Source: an uncultured Alphaproteobacteria bacterium (GTDB lineage Bacteria > Pseudomonadota > Alphaproteobacteria > Rhizobiales > Hyphomicrobiaceae). Taken from it: DNA of 64,000 nt. A program made the position numbers and the translations under genes. Of this stretch, positions 1-9,926 are shown piece after piece (position 1 is the stretch's first letter; each line of letters begins with the position of its first letter). The stretch is from the NCBI GenBank assembly GCA_963745205.1, contig CAVUWX010000004.1:125339-189338 (forward strand). The letters run 5' to 3'. The notes below the pieces were generated by a model that did not search any database, had not been told where the DNA came from, and was given only the letters and a program-made list of their open reading frames with translations.

Positions 1-1188
1 AGCCACGAGCTTTTCGGTCTCGCGTCCGGCGGTGCCATTGCCGATGCTGATGATGTCCACCTTGTGCTTCATGCAAAGTGCCGCCAGCGCGGCAAGTGAG
101 CCCTGCCAATCGCGCTTGGGCTCATGCGGGTAGATCGTCGTCGTGGCGACGACTTTGCCGGTCTGATCGACAACGGCGACTTTGACGCCGGTGCGGATGC
201 CGGGGTCGAGACCCATGGTAGTGCGCGCGCCCGCCGGGGCCGCGAGCAATAGATCCCTCAGGTTAGCGGAGAACACCGCGATCGACTCGGCGTCGGCGCG
301 CTCCTTCAGCCGCATCAACAAGCCGGAGTGCAGTGACCCCGACAGCTTGTCCTTCCAGGCATGGCGGACGGTCTCACCAAGCCACGCATCCGCCGGACGC
401 CCGCGATCGGCAATACCGAACGCCGATTTGATGCGCGCCTCGGCCGGGTGCGGCTTGCCCGCCTCGTGCGCCACGTCGAGATCGAGGTCGAGGATGCCCT
501 CGTTGTGGCCGCGCAGCATGGCAAGTGCGCGATGCGAAGGCACGTCCTTGATGCGCTGACCGAACTCGAAATAGTCGAAAAACTTGGCGCCTTCGTCGCT
601 CTTGCCCTTGCGCACGCCCGAGGTGAGCTGGCCGTCGCTCCACAGCCATTCGCGCAAGCTGCCGACGAGACCGGCCGTCTCGGCGATGCGCTCGATGAGG
701 ATGTGGCGCGCACCATCCAGCGCCGCCTTGGCGTCGGTGACGCCCTTGCCGGCATCGATGTAGCGGGCGGCTTCCGTCTCGGGGTCGAGCGCCGGGTTCT
801 TGAGGAGCGCATCGCTCAGCGGCTCGAGGCCGGCCTCGCGGGCGATCTGCGCCTTGGTGCGCCGCTTAGGCTTAAACGGCGCGTAAAGGTCTTCCAGCTC
901 GACTTTAGTCGCCGCTTCTTGGATGGAGCGGGCGAGCTCCAGCGTGAGCTTGCCTTGCTGTTCGATCGTCTTGAGGACTGTTGCGCGACGATCCTCCAGC
1001 TCGCGCAGATAACCCAGCCGCTCCTCGAGCTTGCGCAGCTGCGTGTCGTCGAGGCCGCCCGTCTTCTCCTTGCGATAGCGTGCGATGAACGGGACCGTGG
1101 AGCCCTCACCAAGCAGCTCCACCGCCGCCGCCACCTGGCCCAGGGCGACGCCCAGCTCCGATGCGATGCGCTGGTTGATCTTGTCCAT
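1..1188 (-). CDS. tex: Tex-family RNA-binding transcriptional accessory protein (N-terminal part; runs off the window start)
   Basis: Manual translation from ATG at 1188: MDKINQRIASELGV...GSTVPFIARYRKEKTGGLDDTQLR...MGLDPGIRTGVKVAVVD; the PFIARYRKE and GLDPGxRTG motifs are Tex hallmarks. Absent from the ORF track because the stop lies outside the window. Confidence 0.95.
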   Translation of the reverse strand, partial: MDKINQRIASELGVALGQVAAAVELLGEGSTVPFIARYRKEKTGGLDDTQLRKLEERLGYLRELEDRRATVLKTIEQQGKLTLELARSIQEAATKVELEDLYAPFKPKRRTKAQIAREAGLEPLSDALLKNPALDPETEAARYIDAGKGVTDAKAALDGARHILIERIAETAGLVGSLREWLWSDGQLTSGVRKGKSDEGAKFFDYFEFGQRIKDVPSHRALAMLRGHNEGILDLDLDVAHEAGKPHPAEARIKSAFGIADRGRPADAWLGETVRHAWKDKLSGSLHSGLLMRLKERADAESIAVFSANLRDLLLAAPAGARTTMGLDPGIRTGVKVAVVDQTGKVVATTTIYPHEPKRDWQGSLAALAALCMKHKVDIISIGNGTAGRETEKLVA

Positions 1189-1332
1189 GCTGCGCGCTCC
1201 TATGCCAGCCGCTTTCGCTCGTGTCGATGGCGTCGCGTCCTACGCGTATAGGGCAGGCTCCGGCGTTCACAAAGATCGACGGAACTTGCGAAGGGTGCTA
1301 ATGGCACCCCCCTCCCGAGCAGAGCAGAGTGC

Positions 1333-2982
1333 ATGGACCCCAAGACCCTGGCCACCGAGACAATATTGCCGAACGGCCAAGCAAACAGCGGCCATGGCAT
1401 AGCCGACGACGAGCTGGTCCGCCAGATCCGCCGCCGGCGCACGTTCGCCATCATTTCGCATCCCGACGCAGGCAAGACGACGCTAACCGAAAAGCTCCTG
1501 CTGTTCGGCGGCGCCATTCAGCTTGCCGGACAGGTCAAGGCAAAGAAAGATAAGCGCAACACGCGCTCAGACTGGATGGCTATCGAGCGCGCGCGCGGAA
1601 TTTCCGTCGCCACCTCGGTGATGACGTTCGAGTACGAAGACGTCGTTCTGAACCTGCTCGACACGCCCGGTCACGAAGACTTCTCCGACCATACGTATCG
1701 CACGCTGACAGCCGTCAACTCCGCGATCATGGTCATCGACGCGGCCAAAGGTATCGAGGCGCGCACGCGCAAGCTGTTCGAGGTCTGCCGGCTTCGCGAC
1801 ATTCCCATCATCACGTTCATCAACAAGATGGACCGGGAGAGCCGAGAGCCGCTGGAGCTGCTCGACGAGATTGAAAAGGTGCTCGCGCTCGACACCGCCC
1901 CCATGGTTTGGCCGATCGGCAAGGGCAAGGAGTTCCGTGGGACGTACGATTTCATTCAACCTCGCGTTCGTCGGCTCGACGAGAGCCCCGACGGTCTGCC
2001 GGTGTCGGGCCCGGACGATCCGATCTTCGGGCAGCTCATCGAGCAAGACAAATTGCAGCGCTGGCGTGACGAGCTCGACCTCGTGCACGACGCCTGCGGG
2101 CGCTTTGATTTGAAGGCCTTTCGTGAAGGGACCTTATCGCCAGTTTACTTCGGCAGCGCGCTCAAGAATTTCGGGGTGCGAGATCTCCTCGATGCGCTTG
2201 TCGCTTTTGCGCCGCCGCCGTTGAACCGTAAGGCCGCGACGCGGACCGTGGTGGCGACCGAGCCGGCGATGACCGGGATCGTCTTCAAGATCCAGGCGAA
2301 CATGGACCCGAACCATCGCGACCGCATCGCGTTCATGCGGGTTTGCTCTGGTCGTCTGACGCGGGGCATGAAAGTGAAGCACGTACGCACCGGCAAGACG
2401 ATCGCACTTCAGACTCCGCAATTCTTCTTTGCGCAGGACCGCTCGCTGGTGGAGGAGGCATATGCCGGCGACGTCGTCGGAATCCCAAACCGCGGCACGT
2501 TGAGGATCGGCGACGCGCTGACCGAGGGCGAGGACATCAGATTTCTTGGCATCCCGAGCTTCGCGCCCGAAATCTTGCGCCGCATAAGGCTGGAGGATGC
2601 GATCCGGGCCAAAAAGCTCAAGGAAGCGTTGGGGGAGATGGCCGAAGAGGGAGTCGTCCAGCTCTTCAGTCCGCTCGACGGCTCGCAGCCCATCGTGGGC
2701 GTCATCGGTGCCTTGCAGCTCGACGTTCTAGGCGAACGCCTCACGCATGAGTACGGACTGCAAATCGGGTTCGACGCCGCACCATGCGATCTCCTCCGTT
2801 GGATCACGTCCGAAGATTCTGTTGCGCTGTCTCGCTTCGTCGAAAAGAACAGGTCATCCATCGCCACGGATTCAGAGGGAGATTACGTGTTCCTTGCGCC
2901 GTCGGTCTTCAGCCTGTCTTGGACCCAGGAACAAAATCCGGAGATTACATTCGTGGATATCAAAGCCGTCGCTCAGCTCTAA
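1333..2982 (+). CDS. prfC: Peptide chain release factor 3
   Basis: RRRTFAIISHPDAGKTTLTEKLLLFGGAI, NLLDTPGHEDFSDHTYRTL, NKMD G-domain motifs, FKIQANMDPNHRDRIAF. Confidence 0.97.
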   Translation: MDPKTLATETILPNGQANSGHGIADDELVRQIRRRRTFAIISHPDAGKTTLTEKLLLFGGAIQLAGQVKAKKDKRNTRSDWMAIERARGISVATSVMTFEYEDVVLNLLDTPGHEDFSDHTYRTLTAVNSAIMVIDAAKGIEARTRKLFEVCRLRDIPIITFINKMDRESREPLELLDEIEKVLALDTAPMVWPIGKGKEFRGTYDFIQPRVRRLDESPDGLPVSGPDDPIFGQLIEQDKLQRWRDELDLVHDACGRFDLKAFREGTLSPVYFGSALKNFGVRDLLDALVAFAPPPLNRKAATRTVVATEPAMTGIVFKIQANMDPNHRDRIAFMRVCSGRLTRGMKVKHVRTGKTIALQTPQFFFAQDRSLVEEAYAGDVVGIPNRGTLRIGDALTEGEDIRFLGIPSFAPEILRRIRLEDAIRAKKLKEALGEMAEEGVVQLFSPLDGSQPIVGVIGALQLDVLGERLTHEYGLQIGFDAAPCDLLRWITSEDSVALSRFVEKNRSSIATDSEGDYVFLAPSVFSLSWTQEQNPEITFVDIKAVAQL

Positions 2983-3138
2983 CAGCGTGGCGCGGTACTA
3001 TAGTGAGGTGCTGGCGCTGCGGTTCGGACTGCCGCTATTGGACCACCGGCGCAAAGAATTTGCTGGGGAACATTAGGGCCGCGTCGCCGCCGGGACGCTG
3101 ACCATTCAAACTGAGATCGCATGGATGATGGTCTTTGT

Positions 3139-4281
3139 TCATCGCATGAGCACGGCTGCAGGATCGACACGCAACACTTTCAGCACGGCGATGATGGCTG
3201 AAAAGGCTCCAATAGCCAGCGAAGCAATCAGCATGGCTAAAAATAGAGAAGGCGGGACGACCATGGGCAGCGCAGTCTGCTGGCTCAAACGATCGACGAG
3301 CACGACGCAAAGCGCTCCGAGAGCAAATCCAGCGAACGAAATTAGGGACGCTTGCGCCACTATGATGCGATAGATGTAGCCCGCCGAAGAGCCGAGCATG
3401 CGTAGGACCGCAAACTCTTTGATATGATCGAGGGTGGCTGAATAGAGCGTCTGCGCCTCGATCACGGCGCCGATCACAACACCAAGAATGGTGCCGAAAA
3501 TCAGCGCTACGCCGACCCCGGTCCGAAAGAGCCAGTGTGAGAGGCTGCGGCGGCGAAACTCGGCGCTGGTGAGTACCTCCAAGTTCGAGAGGCGTGCCCC
3601 GATCTCCTTTTGGATACGAGCTAGATCGGCCTGCTGGGAAGTTTTGACCAAAAAGAATGTGCTCTTGTCGTTTGGAACCCCAAAGAAATTCCGCGCTCTT
3701 GCGTTTGTGGTGAAGACGTAGGGCGCCTGTGTGAACGACCGTATGCCCTCGGTGAGGGCCTTGACGCGAAGGGAATGGGATTGGCTCCCGAAGTCGATTC
3801 CGGCGTGCGACCCAACGCCTGCAACACCGAGTTCGGCAAGATAGGTGCGATCAATGCCGACGCCGTTGAAGCTCTTTATATCGGTCCAATCGCCACTGCG
3901 AAGATTCCAGGGTGCGAGGCCACCATCTTCGGCATCGGATCCGACCACGACGACGTGGGTAATGCCACCATCTGGTCGGTCCCAATCCGCAAAGGAAACA
4001 ACAAGCGGCATGATGCGCTCAACGCCGGGCGTCGCCAGCGCCTCGTGACGTTCGTGGTCTCCCAACAAGGGAAACGAATCTTCAATGCTCTGCGTGCCAA
4101 AGGGAACAATCCAAAGCTGCGCGGCAGTATGGTCGATCATGTCGGTAATTATCTTGCGAACGCCCAAGTAGAGGCCAAGTTGCACACCGACGAGTACGAC
4201 TGCAAAAGTGAGGCCGGCGAGTGTTGCCGCCAGCCGCGTCTTATCGTGCACGAGATTGCGAAAAGCGAGGATGAAGGCCAT
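3139..4281 (-). CDS. ABC transporter permease, DevC/FtsX-like (orphan)
   Basis: 380 aa; N-terminal LAFRNLVHDKTRLAATLAGLTFAVVL TM, periplasmic domain, C-terminal TMs with EFAVLRMLG and DPAAV end, typical of MacB/FtsX/DevC permeases. Confidence 0.85.
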   Translation of the reverse strand: MAFILAFRNLVHDKTRLAATLAGLTFAVVLVGVQLGLYLGVRKIITDMIDHTAAQLWIVPFGTQSIEDSFPLLGDHERHEALATPGVERIMPLVVSFADWDRPDGGITHVVVVGSDAEDGGLAPWNLRSGDWTDIKSFNGVGIDRTYLAELGVAGVGSHAGIDFGSQSHSLRVKALTEGIRSFTQAPYVFTTNARARNFFGVPNDKSTFFLVKTSQQADLARIQKEIGARLSNLEVLTSAEFRRRSLSHWLFRTGVGVALIFGTILGVVIGAVIEAQTLYSATLDHIKEFAVLRMLGSSAGYIYRIIVAQASLISFAGFALGALCVVLVDRLSQQTALPMVVPPSLFLAMLIASLAIGAFSAIIAVLKVLRVDPAAVLMR

Positions 4282-4403
4282 GTGACTGGTCCGTTGCCGC
4301 GCGCCCCACGCCCTGGAAGCTTATGGGGCCCTGCAGTAGCACGAGATCCACGGCAACCTAGCTGTCATGCTAGAACAGCCCGAGAACCAGGCTGGGGTGT
4401 CGT

Positions 4404-4480
4404 TGGTAGCGGGACCCGGACTTGAACCGGGGACCTACGGATTATGATTCCGCCGCTCTAACCAACTGAGCTATCCCGCC
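4404..4480 (-). tRNA. tRNA-Met (CAT), probably elongator
   Basis: Reverse complement GGCGGGATAGCTCAGTTGGTTAGAGCGGCGGAATCATAATCCGTAGGTCCCCGGTTCAAGTCCGGGTCCCGCTACCA folds as a cloverleaf with CAT anticodon and encoded CCA; position 1 is paired (G:U), unlike initiator tRNA. Confidence 0.93.
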
Positions 4481-4600
4481 ACTGATGTGGGTCTATAAGG
4501 AGCGCGCTCGCGGACTGTCAAGCTCGCGCAGCCACCCGGCCCGCGTCGCGAGGTTTGCAGCTAGCCTTAGAGCGAGAACGCCGCCGGCCCCTCGCGCGCC

Positions 4601-5329
4601 TCACTCGGCCGCCACCCGCGCCGCCGCCTTCGCCTTGGCGAAGCGCAGCATCGTGAACAGGCCCAAGGGCCGCAGCGACTTGCGCTCGACGAGATCGAGA
4701 TCGTCGCACACGGTCACGCGCGAGACATCGAACACCGAGCGCCAGCCGATCTTGTCGGCGAACGGCGCCATGCGCCGTTCCACCCAGCCGCGCACGCCTT
4801 CGCGCTGGCTGAAATGATTGACGAGCAGCACTTGGCCGCCGGGCTTGGTCACGCGCGCCAACTCGCGCATCACGACCTCGGGCTCCGGCACCACGGTCAT
4901 TACGTACATGGCGACGACGGTATCGAAGGCGGCGCTGGGAAACTTGAGGTCGGCCGCATCCATCTCGTGCAGCCCGGTCACGTGGGAAAGCTCCTCGGCG
5001 GCGACGCGCTCGCGCGCCTTCTCGAGCATATCGGGCGACAGGTCGATGCCGACGATTTCCAGACCGCTGTCATAGTCGGGCAATGAAAGTCCGGTACCAA
5101 CACCCACTTCGAGGACGCGCCCATCACCCTCGTTGATCAGCTCCACGGCGTGGCGGCGCCCCTCGCGCGCGATCATGCCGAAGGTGTAGTCGTAGATCGG
5201 TGCCCAGCGGCGATAGGCGTCGAGCACGGCGCCCTCGTCGATGCGGCCGATGCCGACGATGCGCCCCTGGGCCCGCTCCAGGAGCGCCCCCGGCCGCCGT
5301 CTCAGCTCGGTCTGCGACATCGATTTCAT
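4601..5329 (-). CDS. pmtA: Class I SAM-dependent methyltransferase, phosphatidylethanolamine N-methyltransferase (Rhodobacter-type PmtA)-like
   Basis: AYRRWAPIYDYTFG and VLEVGVGTG SAM-binding motif, FDTVVAMYVMTVVP; position downstream of mnmA is common in rhizobia. Confidence 0.7.
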   Translation of the reverse strand: MKSMSQTELRRRPGALLERAQGRIVGIGRIDEGAVLDAYRRWAPIYDYTFGMIAREGRRHAVELINEGDGRVLEVGVGTGLSLPDYDSGLEIVGIDLSPDMLEKARERVAAEELSHVTGLHEMDAADLKFPSAAFDTVVAMYVMTVVPEPEVVMRELARVTKPGGQVLLVNHFSQREGVRGWVERRMAPFADKIGWRSVFDVSRVTVCDDLDLVERKSLRPLGLFTMLRFAKAKAAARVAAE

Positions 5330-5405
5330 TTGGGTACTCGCTCCTCTTGCCGACGCGACCCAAAAATTGACAATCCCGCCACGCGCTCAGCCGAACCCTT
5401 GAAGG

Positions 5406-6587
5406 TCAGCCGAGCGCCGCAGCGGCCTTAACCGCAGCCGCGTCCGGGCGGGCCAGCGCACGCGCGATGAACCCGCCGCCCAGAACGCGCGCGCGCTCAT
5501 CGCCATCGGAATAAAACACGCAAGCCTGTCCCACCGCGACCCCGTCCTCGCCGCTTTCTAGCACGACCCTCGCCGCGCCGTCCGCCTCCGCATACAACGT
5601 TGCTGGCCGCGGGGCCTGCGAGGATCGGACGCGCACGCAAAGAGACAGACCGCCAGCGGTCGCTTCCGCAAACGGCTCGTCCCCCAGCCAGTTTGTGTTC
5701 TTAAGGAGAAGATCCGTCGTGCGCAAGGCGGCGCGCGGTCCCACGATCACCTCGTTGCGCTCCGCGTCGAGGCGGACGACGTAAAGCGGCTCCGGGCCAG
5801 GGATTTTGAGGCCGCGGCGCTGACCGACCGTATAGTTGATTATGCCGTCGTGGCGCCCCACGCGGTGGCCGTCCACATGCACGATGTCGCCGGGCTTCAG
5901 CGCGCCCGGCTTCAGGCGCTCGATGACGCCGGTGTAGCGGCCCGTCGGCACGAAGCAAATGTCCTGGCTGTCGGCCTTTTCCGCAACGGGCAACCCAAGC
6001 TCGCAGGCAAGCGCGCGCACTTGCGCCTTACGCATGTTGCCGAGCGGAAAGCGCAGGTAGCCGAGCTGCTCGGCCGTGGTCGCAAACAGGAAATAGCTCT
6101 GGTCGCGCTCGGGGTCGGCGGGGCGCACGAGCTCGGGTCCGTGTGCACCTTCGCGCCGCTCGATATAATGCCCCGTCGCCAGCGCGTCCGCGCCCAGCTC
6201 CTTTGCCGTTTCGAGCAGATCGCGGAACTTGATCTGCTGATTGCAGGTGACACAGGGGACCGGGGTCTCGCCGGCGACGTAACTCTCCGCGAAACTCTCA
6301 ATCACCGACTTGGCAAAGCGGCTCTCGTAGTCGAGCACGTAGTGCGGGATCGCCAGGGCCTCCGCGACGCGGCGCGCATCGTGAATGTCCTGGCCGGCGC
6401 AGCAGCTGCCCTTGCGGCCCGTCGCTTCGCCGTGATCGTAGAGCTGCAGCGTGATGCCGATGACGTCGTGCCCCTCGCGCTGCATGAGCGCGGCGGCGAC
6501 CGAGGAATCGACGCCTCCCGACATGGCGACGACGATGCGCTTCCTCGCCCCGCGGTCTGCGGACGTCGTGGGGATCGGGGCGGACAT
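5406..6587 (-). CDS. mnmA: tRNA 2-thiouridine(34) synthase
   Basis: [13 protein letters not shown]-loop, [38 protein letters not shown]. Start set at MSAPIPT (AG-rich RBS upstream) rather than the track's longer start. Confidence 0.97.
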   Translation of the reverse strand: MSAPIPTTSADRGARKRIVVAMSGGVDSSVAAALMQREGHDVIGITLQLYDHGEATGRKGSCCAGQDIHDARRVAEALAIPHYVLDYESRFAKSVIESFAESYVAGETPVPCVTCNQQIKFRDLLETAKELGADALATGHYIERREGAHGPELVRPADPERDQSYFLFATTAEQLGYLRFPLGNMRKAQVRALACELGLPVAEKADSQDICFVPTGRYTGVIERLKPGALKPGDIVHVDGHRVGRHDGIINYTVGQRRGLKIPGPEPLYVVRLDAERNEVIVGPRAALRTTDLLLKNTNWLGDEPFAEATAGGLSLCVRVRSSQAPRPATLYAEADGAARVVLESGEDGVAVGQACVFYSDGDERARVLGGGFIARALARPDAAAVKAAAALG

Positions 6588-6804
6588 AGGGAGGGAGGAT
6601 CTGACCAAGCGGTGTAGCACCACGAAATTCAGTGCCCATGTTGCGCGGCAACTTAAGGCGTGAGCGGCGGGAAGCGCAAGCGAGCCGCTCAAGACCATTC
6701 TGGGTCCAAGCGGCAGCGGCGAGCGCGCGGGCATCTCTTACGTCAACGTTAATCGCGTGACGAGAGCCGCGGCAGGCCGGTTTATGTTATGTTTACTCAA
6801 TAAC

Positions 6805-6819
6805 TTAGGTCGGTCTTAA
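6805..6819 (+). promoter_or_regulatory. CtrA-type binding box upstream of sciP
   Basis: TTAG-GTCGGTC-TTAA, one mismatch to TTAA-N7-TTAA, in an AT-rich stretch; sciP is a known CtrA target. Confidence 0.7.
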
Positions 6820-6869
6820 TCGTGTTAGGTTATCGAATGGGACAGGTCGGTGAGTGTGTAACGAGTATC

Positions 6870-7148
6870 ATGACCGAACAACAGATGAGAGCGCGGGTGC
6901 GCTACGTTATCGGGCCCGATGGGAGCCCGCTGACAGTTGCCGATCTTCCTCCGCGGGATACCAAGCGCTGGGTCATCCGCCGCAAGGCGGAGGTGGTTGC
7001 CGCCGTGCGCGGGGGCCTGCTCAGCATTGAGGAGGCCTGCGAGCGCTACAAGCTGACCGTCGACGAGTTCCTCTCCTGGCAGCGGTCGATCGACAAGCAC
7101 GGGCTGCCGGGGCTGCGCGCGACGCGCATTCAGGAATACCGCGGCTAA
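6870..7148 (+). CDS. sciP: CtrA inhibitor SciP (DUF1153)
   Basis: YVIGPDGSPLTVADLPPRDTKRWVIRRKAEVVAAVRGGLLSIEEACERYKLTVDEFLSWQ...GLRATRIQEYR; 92 aa; synteny with mnmA and ctrA. Confidence 0.96.
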   Translation: MTEQQMRARVRYVIGPDGSPLTVADLPPRDTKRWVIRRKAEVVAAVRGGLLSIEEACERYKLTVDEFLSWQRSIDKHGLPGLRATRIQEYRG

Positions 7149-7212
7149 CCCTGCCGGTACGACCGGGTGGTCCTGCGCGGCCTCTTTCTAATTTTAACAC
7201 TGTTCAGGTTTT

Positions 7213-7773
7213 TCAGATCCCGCCAGCTTTCTTTGGCGCTGCCTTCGCCTTTTTCGCCTTTGCTGGCGCCTCGGCTTCGGGTGCGCGGGGCTCCCACCCC
7301 TCGTCGCCTTCCGTGCAGCCGATCGAGCCGGCGCCCCACCGGCGCACGTCCGCTTCCATCGACTTGGCCAGTGGCTCGGGCAGCTTGATGTTCTCGACCG
7401 CCAGCGACGTCGCCTCGCCATCCTTGGAGATGTCGACCTTGAACGCCTGCGGCCCTTTGGGATTGTCGGCGGGGGTACGGTTGCGCTCGTGGATGATGAT
7501 CTCGGCTTTGCCGCCTTGCGCCGCCGGCTCCGCCTCGGCGTGGTAGATGTAGTCGGCCTTGAGCGGCCCCGATGTCCCAAACCAGCAGGCCATGGCGCCG
7601 CGGGCGACGCGCGCATACACCTCGGTGGGCGCGCCGACGACGGGCGCTTCCGACACGGTGCCCGTGATCTCGGAAAGCGACGGCAGCTTGGGCGGGGTGG
7701 CGTTCGAGCATCCCCCCGCAAGCAGCATCGCGGCGGCACCGACGCTGGCGCTGATGAACCTCGGTCGCAGCAT
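7213..7773 (-). CDS. Hypothetical lipoprotein
   Basis: Signal peptide ending LLAGG-C lipobox, globular middle, Lys/Ala-rich tail. Confidence 0.7.
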   Translation of the reverse strand: MLRPRFISASVGAAAMLLAGGCSNATPPKLPSLSEITGTVSEAPVVGAPTEVYARVARGAMACWFGTSGPLKADYIYHAEAEPAAQGGKAEIIIHERNRTPADNPKGPQAFKVDISKDGEATSLAVENIKLPEPLAKSMEADVRRWGAGSIGCTEGDEGWEPRAPEAEAPAKAKKAKAAPKKAGGI

Positions 7774-7960
7774 TGCGTTCGTTCAGCCCCGCCTTTGGGC
7801 CCTGGTTTGGTCCGGGCGGCGCCGGCGCTCACGCCATATCCGAGGCCGCCCCTGGCCTATCTGCGATTGGTTGGCACGCGGCGGCAACCAAAACAAGGCG
7901 CTGGGCGCCGTACCGGCGGGGGCTTTGACGGATGTCCACGGAACCAGCTAACGGGGGGAC

Positions 7961-8341
7961 TTAGCGCAGGCCGGCGCTGGACGTCCGGTCCGGGCGGCGG
8001 CGGCTGCGCAGCTCCGCACGCGTCTCGGGTGTGTCGGCGCGGGACACCTGCTCCAACGCATCGTCCCGCTCGCGCTGGGCGATCTCGAGCTTGGCTTTCA
8101 GGCCATCGGCGGAGGTGCGGAGGTTATCGCGGCGCAAGCTCGCCGACTTGGCGAAGGTCGAGTAGGCGAAATGCGCCGGATCCTTGATGCCGGTGCGGTC
8201 TTCCTCGGCCCGGATCTGGCGGTCGAGATCGGCAGCCATGTTCTCAAACTCGCGGATCATGTGCTCGAGATCGGCAACCTTGCGCGCCTTCTCGTCGGCT
8301 TCGAACCGCTTGAGCCTGAGCGCCGATTCCCGTGCTTTCAT
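7961..8341 (-). CDS. FliJ-like coiled-coil protein (type found beside ctrA in rhizobia)
   Basis: MKARESALRLKRFEADEKARKVADLEHMIREFE...EEDRTGIKDPAHFAYSTFAKSA matches the rhizobial FliJ-annotated family; divergent from ctrA. Confidence 0.8.
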   Translation of the reverse strand: MKARESALRLKRFEADEKARKVADLEHMIREFENMAADLDRQIRAEEDRTGIKDPAHFAYSTFAKSASLRRDNLRTSADGLKAKLEIAQRERDDALEQVSRADTPETRAELRSRRRPDRTSSAGLR

Positions 8342-8517
8342 CGTTCGATACCCCTGACAAACTCGAACTCTCGGTGGGAGACGAAACAAGAAGCGTGCCA
8401 CCGCCGCGCAAGGGGATCGGCCCTTAACGCCCGCGTGCGCCGGCTTCGATCATGCCGACCGCCGCGTGCGGAAAATCCGCCTGAACCGACCTTCGCACCA
8501 AATCTGACACGGCGCCA

Positions 8518-8532
8518 TTAAGTTGCGGTAAA
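8518..8532. promoter_or_regulatory. CtrA-type box upstream of the FliJ-like gene
   Basis: TTAA-GTTGCGG-TAAA, one mismatch to TTAA-N7-TTAA. Confidence 0.5.
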
Positions 8533-8917
8533 GCAACGCAAAGCTCAATCTCTCTACATTAAGCCTAATACGGTCCAAAAAATGGGCGCGTGCCTATAGG
8601 GCGGCTTGGCGAATTCTGTTACCTCTTGATTCGTTGGCGATTTTGGGGCTCGGCCAACGCCTTACCTGGTACCGGCGGCAGACAAGAGGCAGGCTCTGCA
8701 GCAAGGCCAGGTTCAAGCGTTGCCGCGGTTCCGCGGGGTTTCAGGGCTTACATTCACATCTTGTCGTGTCTCACGCGGTCGCGAAAGGCCGTGCGCGCTG
8801 CTCTTTGGCGGCGAGTGCCTTCGCGTGCCGTGAACGGCGGGTCTGTCCCCCTTATCGCGCGGTAGGGACAACGGTGTCGGTCAAGTTTCGTTAGAGAGTT
8901 GGGTCGAAGAGAAAGAC

Positions 8918-8936
8918 TTAATTAGGGTTTGTTAAC
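8918..8936 (+). promoter_or_regulatory. ctrA autoregulatory CtrA-type site
   Basis: TTAATTAGGGTTTGTTAAC, i.e. ATTA-N7-TTAAC plus an extra TTAA, about 100 bp before the ctrA start; ctrA autoregulation is established in Caulobacter and rhizobia. Confidence 0.65.
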
Positions 8937-9034
8937 TTTCGGGCGGTAATTTCCTAACGATGACTTAGCTCGAAGGGATGGCGGCCAGTCTCTTCGTGAT
9001 CGGGCAGCGGCGCGGGACTTGGAAGAGGAACGAT

Positions 9035-9730
9035 ATGAGAGTTCTGCTGATCGAAGACGACAGCGCAACAGCGCAGAGCATCGAGCTGATGCTCCAGTCC
9101 GAAGGGTTTAACGTCTACACCACGGATCTGGGCGAGGAGGGCGTCGACCTCGGCAAGCTCTACGACTACGACATCATCCTTCTGGACCTCAACCTGCCGG
9201 ACATGTCCGGATACGAGGTCCTGAAGACATTGCGGGTGGCCAAGGTCTCCACCCCCATCCTCATCCTCTCCGGCCTCGCTGGCATCGAGGACAAGGTGCG
9301 GGGCTTGGGCTTCGGCGCCGACGACTACATGACGAAGCCGTTCCACAAGGACGAGCTCGTCGCCCGCATCCACGCCATCGTGCGCCGCTCCAAGGGCCAT
9401 GCGCAGTCCGTCATCGAGACGGGTGATTTGCGCGTCAACCTCGACACCAAGACCGTCGACGTCAACGGCGCTCGCGTGCATCTGACCGGCAAGGAATATC
9501 AGATGCTGGAGCTGCTCTCGCTCCGCAAGGGCACGACGCTCACGAAGGAGATGTTCCTCAACCATCTCTACGGCGGCATGGATGAGCCCGAGCTCAAGAT
9601 CATCGACGTCTTCATCTGCAAGCTCCGCAAGAAGCTGCAGGCAGCCACCGGCGGCCAGCACTACATCGAGACGGTGTGGGGCCGCGGCTACGTGTTGCGC
9701 GATCCCGCCGACGACACCGTCGCCGCATAA
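9035..9730 (+). CDS. ctrA: Cell-cycle master response regulator CtrA
   Basis: [20 protein letters not shown]...[28 protein letters not shown]...[33 protein letters not shown]...[15 protein letters not shown]. Confidence 0.99.
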   Translation: MRVLLIEDDSATAQSIELMLQSEGFNVYTTDLGEEGVDLGKLYDYDIILLDLNLPDMSGYEVLKTLRVAKVSTPILILSGLAGIEDKVRGLGFGADDYMTKPFHKDELVARIHAIVRRSKGHAQSVIETGDLRVNLDTKTVDVNGARVHLTGKEYQMLELLSLRKGTTLTKEMFLNHLYGGMDEPELKIIDVFICKLRKKLQAATGGQHYIETVWGRGYVLRDPADDTVAA

Positions 9731-9757
9731 GCCGCCGCCGTTTTTGTTGGCTGCGTC

Positions 9758-9787
9758 TCGGGAGCCTGCGGGCTCCCGATTGCTTTG
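9758..9787 (+). terminator. Probable intrinsic terminator after ctrA
   Basis: TCGGGAGCC-TGCG-GGCTCCCGA 9-bp stem followed by TTGCTTTG. Confidence 0.55.
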
Positions 9788-9926
9788 CCGCGTCTTGCAC
9801 TCATGTCACCTGAGCGGCGTAAGCCCGAAGCGTCCATCGCGCTTGACCGGCGCCGCGATTGACCGAAGATTGAGGTCGGCGCGTCCGCGGCCGGTTGAGC
9901 GTATCGCGTCGCTGGAGGCTGCTGAC

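Noticed and set aside
182-1251. Plus-strand ORFs 182-559 and 361-1251 and minus ORF 315-812
   Set aside because: Antisense or off-frame shadows of tex; Arg/Ala-rich with no motifs, typical of high-GC DNA. The same applies to most overlapping ORFs in the track.
4404-4480. tRNA-Ile2 or initiator identity for the CAT tRNA
   Set aside because: Paired 1:72 and no run of three G:C pairs in the anticodon stem argue against initiator; overall sequence resembles alphaproteobacterial elongator Met more than Ile2, though not verified with a covariance model.
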